Of a stretch of 64,000 bases of DNA, positions 11,975 to 23,260 are shown one piece after another (position 1 is the first letter of the stretch; the number at the start of each line of letters is the position of its first letter). The notes under the pieces are model-generated. The model was not told where the DNA came from. It did not search any database and worked only from the letters and a program-made list of their open reading frames with translations. The position numbers were made by a program, and so were the translations under genes. The stretch comes from Heteronotia binoei (lineage: Eukaryota): NCBI RefSeq assembly GCF_032191835.1, contig NC_083231.1, positions 101,990,001-102,054,000 on the forward strand, read 5' to 3'.

Positions 11975-12258
11975 GAAGAAGAAAAGAAGAATGCAGATTT
12001 ATACCCTGCTTTCTCTCTGAATCAGAGTCTCAGAGTTGTTTACAATCTCCTATATCTCCTTCCCCCACAACAGACACTCTGTGAGGTGGGTGGGGCTGAG
12101 AGAGCTCTCACAGAAGCTGCCCTTTTAAGGACAACCTCTGCCAAAGCTATGGCTGACCCAAGGCCATTCCAGCAGCTGCAAGTGGAGGAGTGGGGAATCA
12201 AACCCAGTTCTCTCAGATAAGAGTCCACGCACTTAACCACAACACCAAATTGGCTCTC
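11975..12258 (-). mobile_element. Squam3-like SINE
   Basis: Reverse complement of the 39418-39687 family. Confidence 0.85.
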
Positions 12259-13348
12259 AGGAGGGCAGTTGGCTGAGACTGAATAAAAAATATGGCTGGA
12301 TCCAATCTGTTGTCCCCAGGAAGCCCCAAAAGGGCATGAAGACTCACAAACCTCCTCTGCTATTTCACCTGCAACACTGGTTATTCAGAGATATTTGGCC
12401 TCAGGTTGGATTTTCCATTTAACTATGGTTAATAGCCATTGATAGACCTATCCTCCCTTAATTTGTCTAACCTATCCAAAGCCGCTTAAGTGAGGGACTG
12501 TTACTATATATTGTCACAGCGAACTCAATAAACAAATTGTTCATTGAATTAACAAGTGCTTTCTTTTGACTATATGGACACAAACTGTTTACTTTCCTTC
12601 CCTTTCCTAACAATCCTTGATCTGGAAGGTGTCTTTCCCCCCTGCGGTCTGTCACATACTGAATTGATGTTTCCACTGTGATCTCTGTCTTGGAGGGTCG
12701 GTGAGGATTCCATTACATTTAGTTGGGATTGTTTTGGGGGAATCCACAGTTTGGAATAAATAGGTCTTCGTGCTGCATGTGGAACACAACAATCCATTGT
12801 TAGCCTGTGTGCATAATTGTTTGCTGCACATAGAAGACCTGCACCAGGAATGCAAACACTGAATGCAAATACAAACCGGATGCAGCTGGTCCCATAAATG
12901 TAAATTTGGGCCAATACTATACTGGGAATGCATGGAAACCTGGAGGTAGATTATCATCCATCTCTGTGGTCAACTGTGAATCTAGAAGGAGATGCCTATT
13001 TGCATGTAAATGGTACAGCTTTGTAGTCATTCAATGAAGATACAAGCTCCATACAATGCCTTTCTGCAGGAAGGCATCTCCAGATAAAGCCCCTTCTAAG
13101 AGCTGATTCATGTCTTTGAAGATTACTGGGTATCTCATCAATTGAATGTCCCAGTGCTAGAGATAAGGGGTTTCACCCTCTGAAGTACTCAGGAATCCTT
13201 GGCCTATGTGCAGTAGCCAGGGTAGGCATTCTAAAAAGAGTACAGAGAACTAATGTGGATCATGTAGGGATGCCAGCCTCCAGGTGGGTGACTGGAGATA
13301 AACTGAAAGTATCCATGAAAAACGGCCTCAAACACATAAAGCAATATA

Positions 13349-13853
13349 ATAGAATCATAGAGTTGGAAGGGAGCCCCCAGGATCTTCTAGTCCAACCCCC
13401 TGCACAATGCAGGAAACTCACAACTACCTCCCCCTAAATTCACAGGATTTTCATTGCCGTCAGATGGCCATCTAGCCTCTGTTTAAAAACCTCCAAGGAA
13501 GGAGAGCCCACGACCTCCTGAGGAAGCCTGTTCCACTGAGGAACCACTCTAATGGTCAGGAAGTTCTTCCTAATGTTGAGATGAAAACTCTTTTGATTTA
13601 ATTTCAGCCCATTGGTTCTGGTCCTACCTTCTGGGGCCACAGAAAACAATTCCACACCATCCTCTATATGACAGCCCTTCAAGTCCTTGATGATGGTGAT
13701 CATATTACCTCTCAGCCTCCTCCTCTCCAGGCTAAACAGACCTAGCTCCTTCAACCTTTCTTCATAGGACTTAGTCTCCAGACCCCTCACCATCTTCGTT
13801 GCCCTCCTCTGGACCCATTCCAGCTTGTCCTTCTTAAAATGTGGTGCCCAAAA
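13349..13853 (-). mobile_element. CR1 LINE 3' fragment (second subfamily)
   Basis: [54 protein letters not shown]; gattctat tail. Confidence 0.9.
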
Positions 13854-14329
13854 CCAAAATTATAAAATATTCAATATCACCAAAATTATACAAATATTCA
13901 CCAAGTTTGCAAGACTGTGAGAAATAAACACTTGGATGTGTTTCAGAATTCTGATTTTGCCATACCCAGAATGAGTTGTTAAAACTTGGATAAAGCAAAA
14001 GGGAAACAAGGGATTTAAAATACTGCGTCGTTGCTGCAAATACTACTATCGAGATTATAAACTGTTCTTTGGACCGTGGAACACTACGCATCTAGGAACT
14101 TGGTGAATTTGAGGACTGGGTGATAGAAAATTGGACATTGATTTGGGACACTAATTATTTACACCAAGGTTCTCTTCCTTTGTTCCATTGCTAGGATATA
14201 TTTATGAGTGTGTAATTTATTGAGAGTGTGATATATTTGTATAATTTTGGTGATATTGCTTTATGTGCTTGAGGCTGGTTTCCACGGATACTTCGATTTA
14301 TCTGTAGGCATTCTCTGCTGTGATTCTCT

Positions 14330-14535
14330 ATTGTGGTTGCACAACCTCCAAGTGGGGCCTGGGAATCCCCTGGAATTAAAGCTCATCTCCAGGTTACAGA
14401 AATCAGTTCCCATGGAGAAAAAGGGTGCTTTGGAGGGTGGCCTGTATATAGCATTGTGCTTCATAGAGATCCCTGTCTTTCCCAGGCTGCATCCCCAAAT
14501 CTCCAGGAGTATCCTAACCTGGATCTGACAACCCT
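14330..14535. mobile_element. TAGGGTTGCC-family MITE
   Basis: Family core gagaaaaagggtgctttggagggtgg; terminus gacaacccta. Confidence 0.7.
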
Positions 14536-15419
14536 ACCCCCCACCCCACCCCCAGTAGCTAGGGCAGACCTGGCAACCTTAAGAGGAAGTTTGGACGAGA
14601 CCCTAGAAATGCTTGCATCCTAATCAGAACATGGGATTCTCGCACAGATGCCAGTTGGCTCTGACCATGTCCTTTCCATCTTTGATAGCTCTCTGCCAAA
14701 TGCATGAAATGTTTCCATAAAATGTATTTTTTGTAAGCTCACATTGGGTGGGGAATGGCAGTGATACAAGAAAGCAATGTCAGAAATGCTTAGGAGGGGA
14801 AAAATATACTCCTCGTAAGCCTCGGGGGTCATTCATTTAGGTTGACAATCCTCATTGATCATGTCAAGAATGTTTGTGAATAATAAGACAATATGTAGAT
14901 GAGCCAAACCAAATCGAGGATCAAATCTGTTTTTTTTTCCTCCTTTGCCCACACTTCTCCCCAGTGTTTCTCATATTAATTTGCTAAACCCAGAACATAA
15001 GCCAATAACTGGATTCTACTAATGCTGATCCCATCCTTACAGACTGGAAGGGCATCAAAAGCAATTAGAAATGCTCTTATCTTGCTAAGAGCGGATGGTG
15101 GAAGGCCAGTCTGCCGGAGGGTTCATGCAAACCTCAGGCAACCAAGGATGACAGAAAGTGTTAATGTTAGGAACGTTCAAGTTATGGGTAACATGGTGTG
15201 TGTGTGTGGGGGGGGGGTTCACATGCCAATGCTTTCTGGGTATGGACTACTTTCATATATCACAAATTCTGCTCTCATCAGCAATACCTAATAACCTCCC
15301 TTTTTCTCTTTTTATTAAAAAACCCACTTTTTTTTCCTCCTACAAATTGTGTTAAGACAATGTAGAACCTGCTAAACCTTTATAAATTTCTATTTCACAT
15401 CTTTTTTCTTTTTCTTTTG

Positions 15420-15815
15420 CCTTCAGGTCACAGTTGACTTATAGTAACCCCATGGAGTTTTCAAGTAAGAGACACTAAGAAGATGGTTTGCCTGACTCTG
15501 GTATTCTTTGGTGGTCTCCCATCACGAATACTAACCAGGGTCAACCCAGGTTAGCTTCTAGAGTTGCCAGGTCTGTGTTAGAAAATACCTGGAGACTTTG
15601 GGGGTGGGATCTGGGACAGGGTGGGATTAGGGGTGGGAAGGGACCTCAGCATGACACAGTACCATGGAGTCCACCCTTCAAAGCAACCATTTTCTCCAGA
15701 GGAGCTGATCTCTGCCAGCTGGAGATCAATTGTAAAAGTGGAAGATCTCCAGGCCCCACCTGGAGGCTGGCAACCCTATTAAGGTTCTGAGATCAGGCTA
15801 TTCTGGGCTATCCAG
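15420..15815 (-). mobile_element. 5S-derived SINE with nested TAGGGTTGCC MITE (about 15559-15779)
   Basis: SINE breaks at ttagcttc and resumes gagatcaggcta..gggctatccag; MITE termini tagagttgcc/ggcaacccta. Confidence 0.7.
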
Positions 15816-16179
15816 ATTAGGATTTACTTGTACATAAACATTATTTGAAAATCGCAGATTTGCGCAGCAGGAACTAGGGGTTCTACAAACTTCAAATAAT
15901 CATGCCCAGCAGGCAATCAATCATACCACTCATGTGTAAGCCCCTTAGATCCATTTGCCTTGCTACCATCCTAGTTGCTACCGAATATCTTTGCAGCTGT
16001 GCGTAAGTAAGGTTGCCAACTCTAGGTCTGGGATCTTGGCAATTTGGGATAGAACCTACAGAGGGAAGGGGAGAGACCTCAGGCGGGCTACACCTCAGAG
16101 TGAGGACAGTCACATTTGTCCCTTGGGTCATATGTTGAACACGACATTTTAAAAAGTACTGGACAGTTTAAAAGCACCC

Positions 16180-16320
16180 TTTCGCACAAGACCTTTAATC
16201 CTGTCCCCAAAGTGACATTCTACACTAGAATCAGAGAAACCAACTCTATGACTCTATGATTGTAGTGTAGAATGTCAGTGTGGGGACAGGGCTAAGCCAG
16301 GATTAAAGTTCTAGTGCATA
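16180..16320. mobile_element. Small palindromic MITE
   Basis: Inverted arms ctttaatcctgtcccca..gacattctacacta / tagtgtagaatgtc..tggggacagg..caggattaaag. Confidence 0.6.
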
Positions 16321-17027
16321 ATTGGTCCCTGTTTCCTATCCCTTGCATTATATGAAAAAGCTCTCATCTGGCAGCTGGCTCAAACAGGGAAGCCTAGCTA
16401 GGTGGCACGCCTAACTGCATGTATAGACTAGATCTTATCAGCAAGGAACTTCTGCTCAGAAGTGTTTAGACCAGAAAGTGTGGGGTGTTGGTTGGTTGTA
16501 TTGCCTGCTCTGGTATGAAATCTCCCATCATTGATCTTCTCCCACTGCTGCTTGATAGGGTGATGGGGAAAAAATGGGATTGGCTAAATAGCATCCTGTG
16601 ACAACATGATGTCACTACTTCCGGATGTGTAACTCGAAGTGACATCGCTGTACTCTGTAATACAGTGACATCACTTCCAGTTATGCCAGGGCTAGTTCCA
16701 GATTTTTGGGAGCCCCGGGCAGAGAGTTCCCAGGCCCCTCCTTCATGCCCACTTACCCCTGGGTCTCACTTCCTGCCTGTGTATCCTTCCCCTGCTCTGC
16801 TCACAAGCCCTCCCACTGCCTATTCTCACAGCCACCTGCAGCCCTTTCCCTGATGGCCCTGGGCAGTGTGTGCGTGGATAGCAGAGCACTCACAAGTGAG
16901 CAGGCAGGGAAAGGACAGTTTTTTGGGGGGAGTTGGCAGCTGAGGGCCCTGTCAGAAGCCCTGGGCCCCAGCAGCAGCCCCGCCTTAGAATATGCTAATG
17001 CCAGCCCTGGATTACACACTCAGAATT

Positions 17028-17210
17028 CAGGGCTTTTTTTGTAGCAGGAACTCCTTTGCATATTAGGCCACACATCCCTGATGTAGCCAATCCTCCTGGA
17101 GCTCACAGTAGGCCCTGTACTAAAAGCCCTGTAAGCTCTTGGAGGATTGGCTACATCAGGGAGGTGTGGCCTAATATGCAAAGAAGTTCCTGCTACAAAA
17201 GAAAGCCCTG
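17028..17210. mobile_element. CAGGGCTTTTT-TIR palindromic hAT MITE
   Basis: TIRs cagggctttttttgtagcaggaac / gttcctgctacaaaagaaagccctg. Confidence 0.88.
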
Positions 17211-17384
17211 GAAGTGATGCTGTGGTGTTGCTGGGTACCAGTTGGGTAAGTCCTCTCCCTCCCACCCCGTTTCCAGGAAGTTCTGTAGTTGTGCATGTTT
17301 CTTGAACCAAGACACAGCAATTTGGCTCTGGCACCAGACTTTCTGCACTGCCAGCTCTGCAGCAAGATCCACACATCATTGGCT

Positions 17385-17595
17385 GTTTGCTGGTTAGAAT
17401 GCTGGACTAAGATCTCAGAGGCCTGAGTTCTAATCCCCACTCTGCCATGGAAGCTTCTTGGATGACCTTGGGCCAGTCACATAACCTCAACCTAACCTAC
17501 CTTACAGGGTTGTTGTGGGGATAAAATGGAGGAGAGGAGAATCACGTAAGCTGATTTGGGTCCCCCACTGGGGAGAAAGGAGGAGTATAAATTAA
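17385..17595 (+). mobile_element. Older tRNA/MIR-like SINE
   Basis: gagttctaatccccactctgcc..gaccttgggccagtcac..ttgtggggataaaatgg; relatives at 27455-27625, 31440-31650 and 39712-39910. Confidence 0.65.
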
Positions 17596-18722
17596 GTAGA
17601 AATCCCCCTCAACTTCCTTCTCTTCTTGCACATGGCTTGATAATTAGTTGCAGAACAGCTGCTTGCTGTTGCATCCGAACCAGAAGGTCTAATTAAATCC
17701 TCTGTACAAATCAGGGTTTAGTTGCTAGAGTTGTCCTTCTTTAGGCTTTTGAAAGACGACTCCCAAAGAGCAAGTGGGAATCTGCTAGGGACAGGAACCA
17801 GAAAGAATATGATATGGAATGAATAAATATGTGTAGTTGAAGCATGGCTTTTAAATAATGGTTTTTGCCTATGTTGCCAAGGAGAAGATACTGAGGTAAG
17901 GATGTACTCAAGATTTCTCCATTGAGAGAGTGTGTTTTAATATGCTTATGAAATATCCATATTTCTCTTGGCTACCCTGCTTCTGGATCTAAAGATACTT
18001 GGTCAGATTTAAATGGCCTCTGCCTTTAGGAATTGTTATGTCTGATACAGGTAGAAATTCTATTATCAGCCATACTTGGGCCTGCTTATTTTATTGTTTA
18101 TTTATTTACTTTCTTTACATTTATATGTCGCCCACTCCACGAGCGGAGCTTAGTATTTCTGAATTTTAGTATGACGACAGTGTATATCTAAACCAGATAT
18201 GCATCCTAATCCCTTGCATTGGATTTATTCTGCGGGGCTTATTTTTGGATGTGTATATAGGATTGCAGCTAGCTGGCAGAATAACATGAGAACAACACTG
18301 GCGTCTAATTTCCTGAATCTTCTGTCTTATTCAGCATGTGGTTATTCATCTAGATACATCTTCTATCTACTTCATTACCTTTTAATTACATGTATGAACA
18401 GACTCTGAACTGAAGAAATGAATGATGGAGAATAAGCACTTTGGAGCCAAGCTGCGTAATATTCAGATCTCTGTCGGTTTCAATTTCTTTGCTGTGCATA
18501 GTACAGCACAGAGTAGAACTATTCCTGGCTGTCTGTTTTGAGTTCAAAGAGCTGTTTTCTTTAGCCCCCCCCCCAAAGGTGCAAATCTTAAAATGTGCAG
18601 GGTTATAAAATAACTCAAATTCAGTTTTGATGTCATATCTATAAGTGAACATGAAAGCTCATACATTGAATAAAACTTTGTTGGTCTTAAAGTGCCACTG
18701 GACAAAAACTTTGTCACAAAGG

Positions 18723-18909
18723 CAGGGCTTTTTTTGTAGTAGGAACTCCTTTGCATATTAGGCCACACCTCTCTGATGTAGCCAATCCTCCAAGAGCTTA
18801 CAGTACAGAGCTCTTAGTACAGGGTCTACTGTAAGCTTCAGGAGGATTGGCTACATCAGGAGGGTGTGGAGTAATATGCAAAGGAGTTCCTGCTACAAGA
18901 AAAGCCCTG
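18723..18909. mobile_element. CAGGGCTTTTT-TIR hAT MITE with perfect 8-bp TSD
   Basis: TSD cacaaagg at 18715-18722 and 18910-18917. Confidence 0.92.
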
Positions 18910-18949
18910 CACAAAGGTATGGCATATGTGTACATATTCAGGGCCCCCT

Positions 18950-19070
18950 TACCTAGATGGCCCAAGCTAGGCTGATCTTGTCAGATCTTGGAAGCTAAAC
19001 TGGGTCAGATCCAGTTAGTATGTGGATGGGAGACCACCAAGGAAGTCCAGGGTCACTATGCTAGGGTAGA
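18950..19070 (+). mobile_element. 5S-derived SINE head
   Basis: gatcttgtcagatcttggaagctaaactgggtc..gttagtatgtggatgggagacc. Confidence 0.8.
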
Positions 19071-19087
19071 TGTGGTGGGGTATTCAG

Positions 19088-19338
19088 TTATCTGGGAGAA
19101 CTGGGTTTGATTTCTCCATTCCTCCACATGCAACTGCTGGAGTGACCTTGGGTTAGTCACAAATTCTCTCAGAGCTGTTCTGCTCAAGAGCAGTTTCTGT
19201 CAGAGCGCTCTCAGCTCCACCTACCTCACAGGGTGTCTGTTGCGGGGAGGGAAGGGGAAGGAGATTGTAAGCTGCTCTAAGACTCCTTCGGGTAGTGAAG
19301 GGCGGTGTATAAATCCGATCTCTTCTTTTCTTCTTCTT
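19088..19338 (+). mobile_element. Squam3-like SINE variant, 5'-truncated
   Basis: tctgggagaactgggtttgatt..gaagggcggtgtataaatcc..(ctt)n. Confidence 0.8.
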
Positions 19339-19360
19339 GATCAGTGAAATGGCATGGAGG

Positions 19361-19580
19361 AACATATATGAACATATGAAGCTGCCTTATACTAAATCAG
19401 ACCCTCGGTCCATCAAAGTCAGTACTGTCTACTCCAACTGGCAGCGGCTCTCCAGGGTCTCAAACTGAGGTTTTTCATGCCTACTTGCCTGGACCTTTTT
19501 TAGTTGGAGATGCTGGGGATTGAACCTGGGGCCTTCTGCTTACCAAGCAGATGATCTACCACTGAGCCACCGTCCCACCC
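19361..19580 (-). mobile_element. tRNA-Ala-derived SINE with CR1-like tail
   Basis: Reverse complement of the 41618-41829 family. Confidence 0.85.
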
Positions 19581-20624
19581 AAGGAGGAGACTTAAAAGCT
19601 GTTCTCAGACCATGGGCTTCTACCTGAATCCCACACCTGGCATCTGAATTAAAAACAACTGAGAGCTCCACCCACAGAACTCCCATATATTGACTACTTA
19701 AGCCTGAGGATCTTGGATACTTGCTTTGCCATGCTCTGTGCTGCCAGTTAGGAGTCACACAAAACCAGGTTTAAGTAGTTCTCAGTCTCAGTACTTCTGC
19801 TTGTCTTTCCTGCCTGGGGCTTTTAACCACCTGCACCATTCCCTTTGGTGTGTTTGCAGTGTTATGTATTGAAATTTAAAATTTCACAAGACTGCTTGAG
19901 GCATGACGACACTCAAGGGAAACCTGATATTGCCATTTGTTGTCTGCTGCCTGTTTCCCAGCGAAGAGAAGCAAAGTATCTTGCCCCATCTAAGGAAAGC
20001 AGCACAATCCCTTGGAATGCCATTCATTTTATTCGGGAGGGGGGGTTGTGTGTTTCAGAGTTAGATATGAGGTGATTGATAAGTCTGTGGTAAAACAGCA
20101 TCCAAAAAAACCAGGGCAACAGCAGGTTCAAACCCGGCTGACTGCTGAAGGGAGGTAACGCAATACAGAATGAGAAAAAAACCCACCCTGGGATAAAAAG
20201 GTTGAATTTGATTTTAGCACAGAATTGCTTAGACGAGACCACGGTGAACATGGATTGAAAGGAGAGTGCATAAAGGGCCAAAGATGCAGCTGAAAATGTG
20301 TTTTCTTGTCAAAAGTCATGGAAATGGAACAACACACCAGCAAATTTTTGTCTCACTCCCTGGGGACAAGATGGACTACACTTGTCAAAAGTGTACGTTG
20401 ATAGGACCCTTAGAGGAGACGGTTCGGAGCCTGGTGGAAAGGATTACGACACTCCATTAAATCAAGGAAAGGGAAGAGTTTATTAACAGAAGCCTTGATG
20501 TCCTTCATAGGGAAGAAGAGGCCAGTCATTGGTAAAAATACTGCCAACTTACAGACAATGGAGTGGTGTTTCTAAATTTTAATCGCCATTTTAAGTTTTT
20601 CATTTGACTCAAAATGCTTACACA

Positions 20625-20858
20625 ATAGTAAAGAGTCCAGCAGCAGCTTTAAGACTAACACATTTTATTGTAGTATAAGCTTCCAAGAAACACAGCTCTC
20701 TTCGTCAGATGCATGTGATCGATGCATCTGATGAAGAGAGCTGTGTTTCTTGAAAGCTTATGCTACAATAAAATGTGTTAGTCTTAAAGCTGCTACTGGA
20801 CTCTTACTATTTTGTAGCAATGGACTAACATGGTTAAATCCTTTGGATCTATGACCAC
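20625..20858. mobile_element. Penelope-like element terminal repeat in inverted (hairpin) arrangement
   Basis: About 190-bp palindrome, each arm with a CTGAYGA..GAAAGCTT-type core; 12-bp direct repeat aatgcttacaca at 20613-20624 and 20859-20870. Confidence 0.75.
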
Positions 20859-20870
20859 AATGCTTACACA

Positions 20871-20955
20871 GTTAGAGTCCAGTAGCACAGTAGAGACCAA
20901 CAAGAGTTTTGGGGTGGAAGCCTTTGACAGTCAAAGCTCCCTTCATCAGACACAA
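20871..20955 (-). mobile_element. Second Penelope-like fragment
   Basis: gagtccagtagcac..agaccaacaag..ctcccttcatcagac. Confidence 0.55.
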
Positions 20956-21056
20956 AAGAATAGAAATGGAGCACTGAGTCCTTTTATCATAGTCAGAATG
21001 TGGAAGGGGTGTTGTAACGCATGCTTAGATCAGAATGGATAACACTATTAGTCTGT

Positions 21057-21316
21057 GACCAATTCCCCACTAGCCTTGTACCAGCCTCACGCTTCTCTTC
21101 TCTATGGGGCTTCTGTGTGATTTTGCACATGCTGCCGCGAGGCTGCAACTCGCTCTGCCTCTTTCCTGTAGCAAGCAAGATCCTCTGAAAACCAATTTCT
21201 GCTTGCCGTGGGAAAGAGGTGGAGTTGCAGCCCTGTGACAGCTTGTGCAAAATCAGACAGAAGCGCCACGGAGAAGAGGAGCGTGAGACAGGTACAAGGC
21301 TAGTGGGGAATCAGTC
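21057..21316. mobile_element. Palindromic Harbinger-like MITE, 3-bp TSD TGT (second decayed copy at about 23300-23540)
   Basis: TIRs gaccaattccccactagccttgtacc / ggtacaaggctagtggggaatcagtc, flanked by tgt on both sides. Confidence 0.7.
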
Positions 21317-21596
21317 TGTCTGTTGTAAAGAATGGTTGTAAAGGATGCAATGGTACAATGTATATTGCAATCAGCTTGATTAGAGCTGAGGAGAAATGCT
21401 GGGAGGCAGAAAATTATCATCTCTAGTGAGATAAACATCCCAGGTCTCTATTCAACCCTGGGGAGCCCATTGTTCTGAACTTGTGAATTAACTCGAAATG
21501 CTTACGCAGCAGCAGATATGTATAAAAACAAGGAAGCCAATGCTTACATGGGTAAAGGGTGATTGCAAACAGATCCTCCCAGGAACCAGTCAACAG

Positions 21597-21817
21597 ATTC
21601 GGATTGCTAATTCTGACCAGGGAGATTCTTGGAGATTTGGGAATAGTGTCTTTGAGGGGGCGGGATTTGGGGAGGAATTTCACCTCCAATTTATTTTATA
21701 CCACAGAAACTGCCCTCTGAAGATGCCTTTTGCTTCAGGAGAACTGATGTCTGTAGTTTGGAGTTAAGTTATAATTCTGGGAGAACTCCAGGCCCCATCT
21801 GGAAGTTGCCGCCTCTA
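21597..21817. mobile_element. TAGGGTTGCC-family MITE (decayed)
   Basis: Family core caggagaactgatgtctgtagtttggag. Confidence 0.6.
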
Positions 21818-21860
21818 AAACAGACAGACACAATCCTCACTGATCCAGTTGGGGCTCTCT

Positions 21861-22011
21861 GGCTGCAATCACACACATTAAATAATGCACTTTCAATCCA
21901 TTTTCAATGCACTTTCCAACTGAATTTTGCCAGTTCACACAGTAAAATCCGGTTGTAAAGTGCACTGAAAGTGGATTGAAAGTGCATTATTTAGAGTGTG
22001 TGATTGCAGCC
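21861..22011. mobile_element. Palindromic Harbinger-like MITE, 3-bp TSD TCT
   Basis: TIRs ggctgcaatcacacac / gtgtgtgattgcagcc; near-complete internal palindrome. Confidence 0.75.
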
Positions 22012-22154
22012 TCTCAGTCTTAAATGGCACAGAAGATCTTACACCTGTGTTCTTGATCAGCCATTGCTAGCCTTGGGAGGGCTAACACATCACAGGCTCT
22101 CTCAGTGCTAGCTGATTAGCTCTTGGGATTGCCTCTGCTTCTGTACCTGTTAAA

Positions 22155-22276
22155 GACCTGGAAGGCAATGGCAAACCACCCCGTAAAAAGTCTGCTAAGA
22201 AAATGTCGTGATGTGACGCCACCCCATGAGTCAGTAATAACTCGGTGCTTGCACAGGGGACTACCTTTACCTTTTT
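22155..22276 (+). mobile_element. Sauria-type SINE 3' fragment
   Basis: ggcaatggcaaaccaccccgtaaaaagtctgc..ggtgcttgcacaggggactacctttaccttt. Confidence 0.85.
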
Positions 22277-22996
22277 ACTCCCAAATTTAAAGGGAGGGGG
22301 AAATGAACAAACTGTTGTTCGTGGCAGTTGGCTTGGAAAGGTAAATTAGGTACAGAGAACTGTGGCACTAACTTGTCAGAACAATCGTCTGCATCTCCAC
22401 TACACTAATACTGAGCAAGATGAAACTGTGTTTTTACACACCCCTACTGGTCTGGTTCATGCATTTGCTGAAATTGTCTCTTGCTTACAAAAGCTTGCGC
22501 CACAATAAGCAAGTGAACCTTTAAGTCTCTTTCTTGCCCACCAGTTCATCTCAGGAAGGCATTACAAGAAGCAAAGTGGAACCAACTGCTAGAGATGCCC
22601 ATGTACTGAAAAGCTGATAAGGCTGCGATGGTCTGGGGGAAACACAATTCCTTTATCGCTAAAGACAGCCACTGGGAAGATGCAGTTTTCTATTAGCTTG
22701 GGTGTTCAAGAAGACAAATACTGTAATTACTTTTGGGAGCCTTTGCTACCCCCGAAAGAACTTAGGCTCTGTCTCCCAGCTATTTTTGTAGATTATAAGT
22801 GGGCTGGTAAATGTAATCCATTTTGCTGTATATCGGCAAAAGGCAGTTAACCCCTTTGGCCAATAGTCAACTATTTTTCTCTGTTGGTTCAAGGGTAGTC
22901 AATATGAGAACAGTTGTGCACTAAGAATAACAGAAGGGGCGGTGTTTATTACTTTGCAGGTAAACTTGGGAACATCTGAGTCAGCTGAATAAGGTA

Positions 22997-23260
22997 GAAG
23001 AAGAAGACTGCAGATTTATACCCCAACCCTTCTCTCTGAATCAGAGATTCAGAGCAGTTTACAATCTCCTATATCTTCTCCCCACACAACAGACACCCTG
23101 TGAAGCGGATGGGGCTGAGACGGCTCTCAAGGACAACTCCTTCAATAGCTATGGCTAACCCAAGGCCATTCCAGCAGGTGCAAATGGAGGAGTGGAGAAT
23201 CAAACCCGGTTCTCCCAGATAAGAGTCTGTGCACTTAACCACTACACCAAACCGGCTCTC
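22997..23260 (-). mobile_element. Squam3-like SINE
   Basis: Same family as 11975, 38242 and 39418. Confidence 0.85.

Noticed and set aside
17745-17900. Plus-strand exon (AFERRLPKSKW..*) and 14-nt microexon with GAG|gtaagg
   Set aside because: Splice-like sites alone; no recognisable protein or consistent exon chain.
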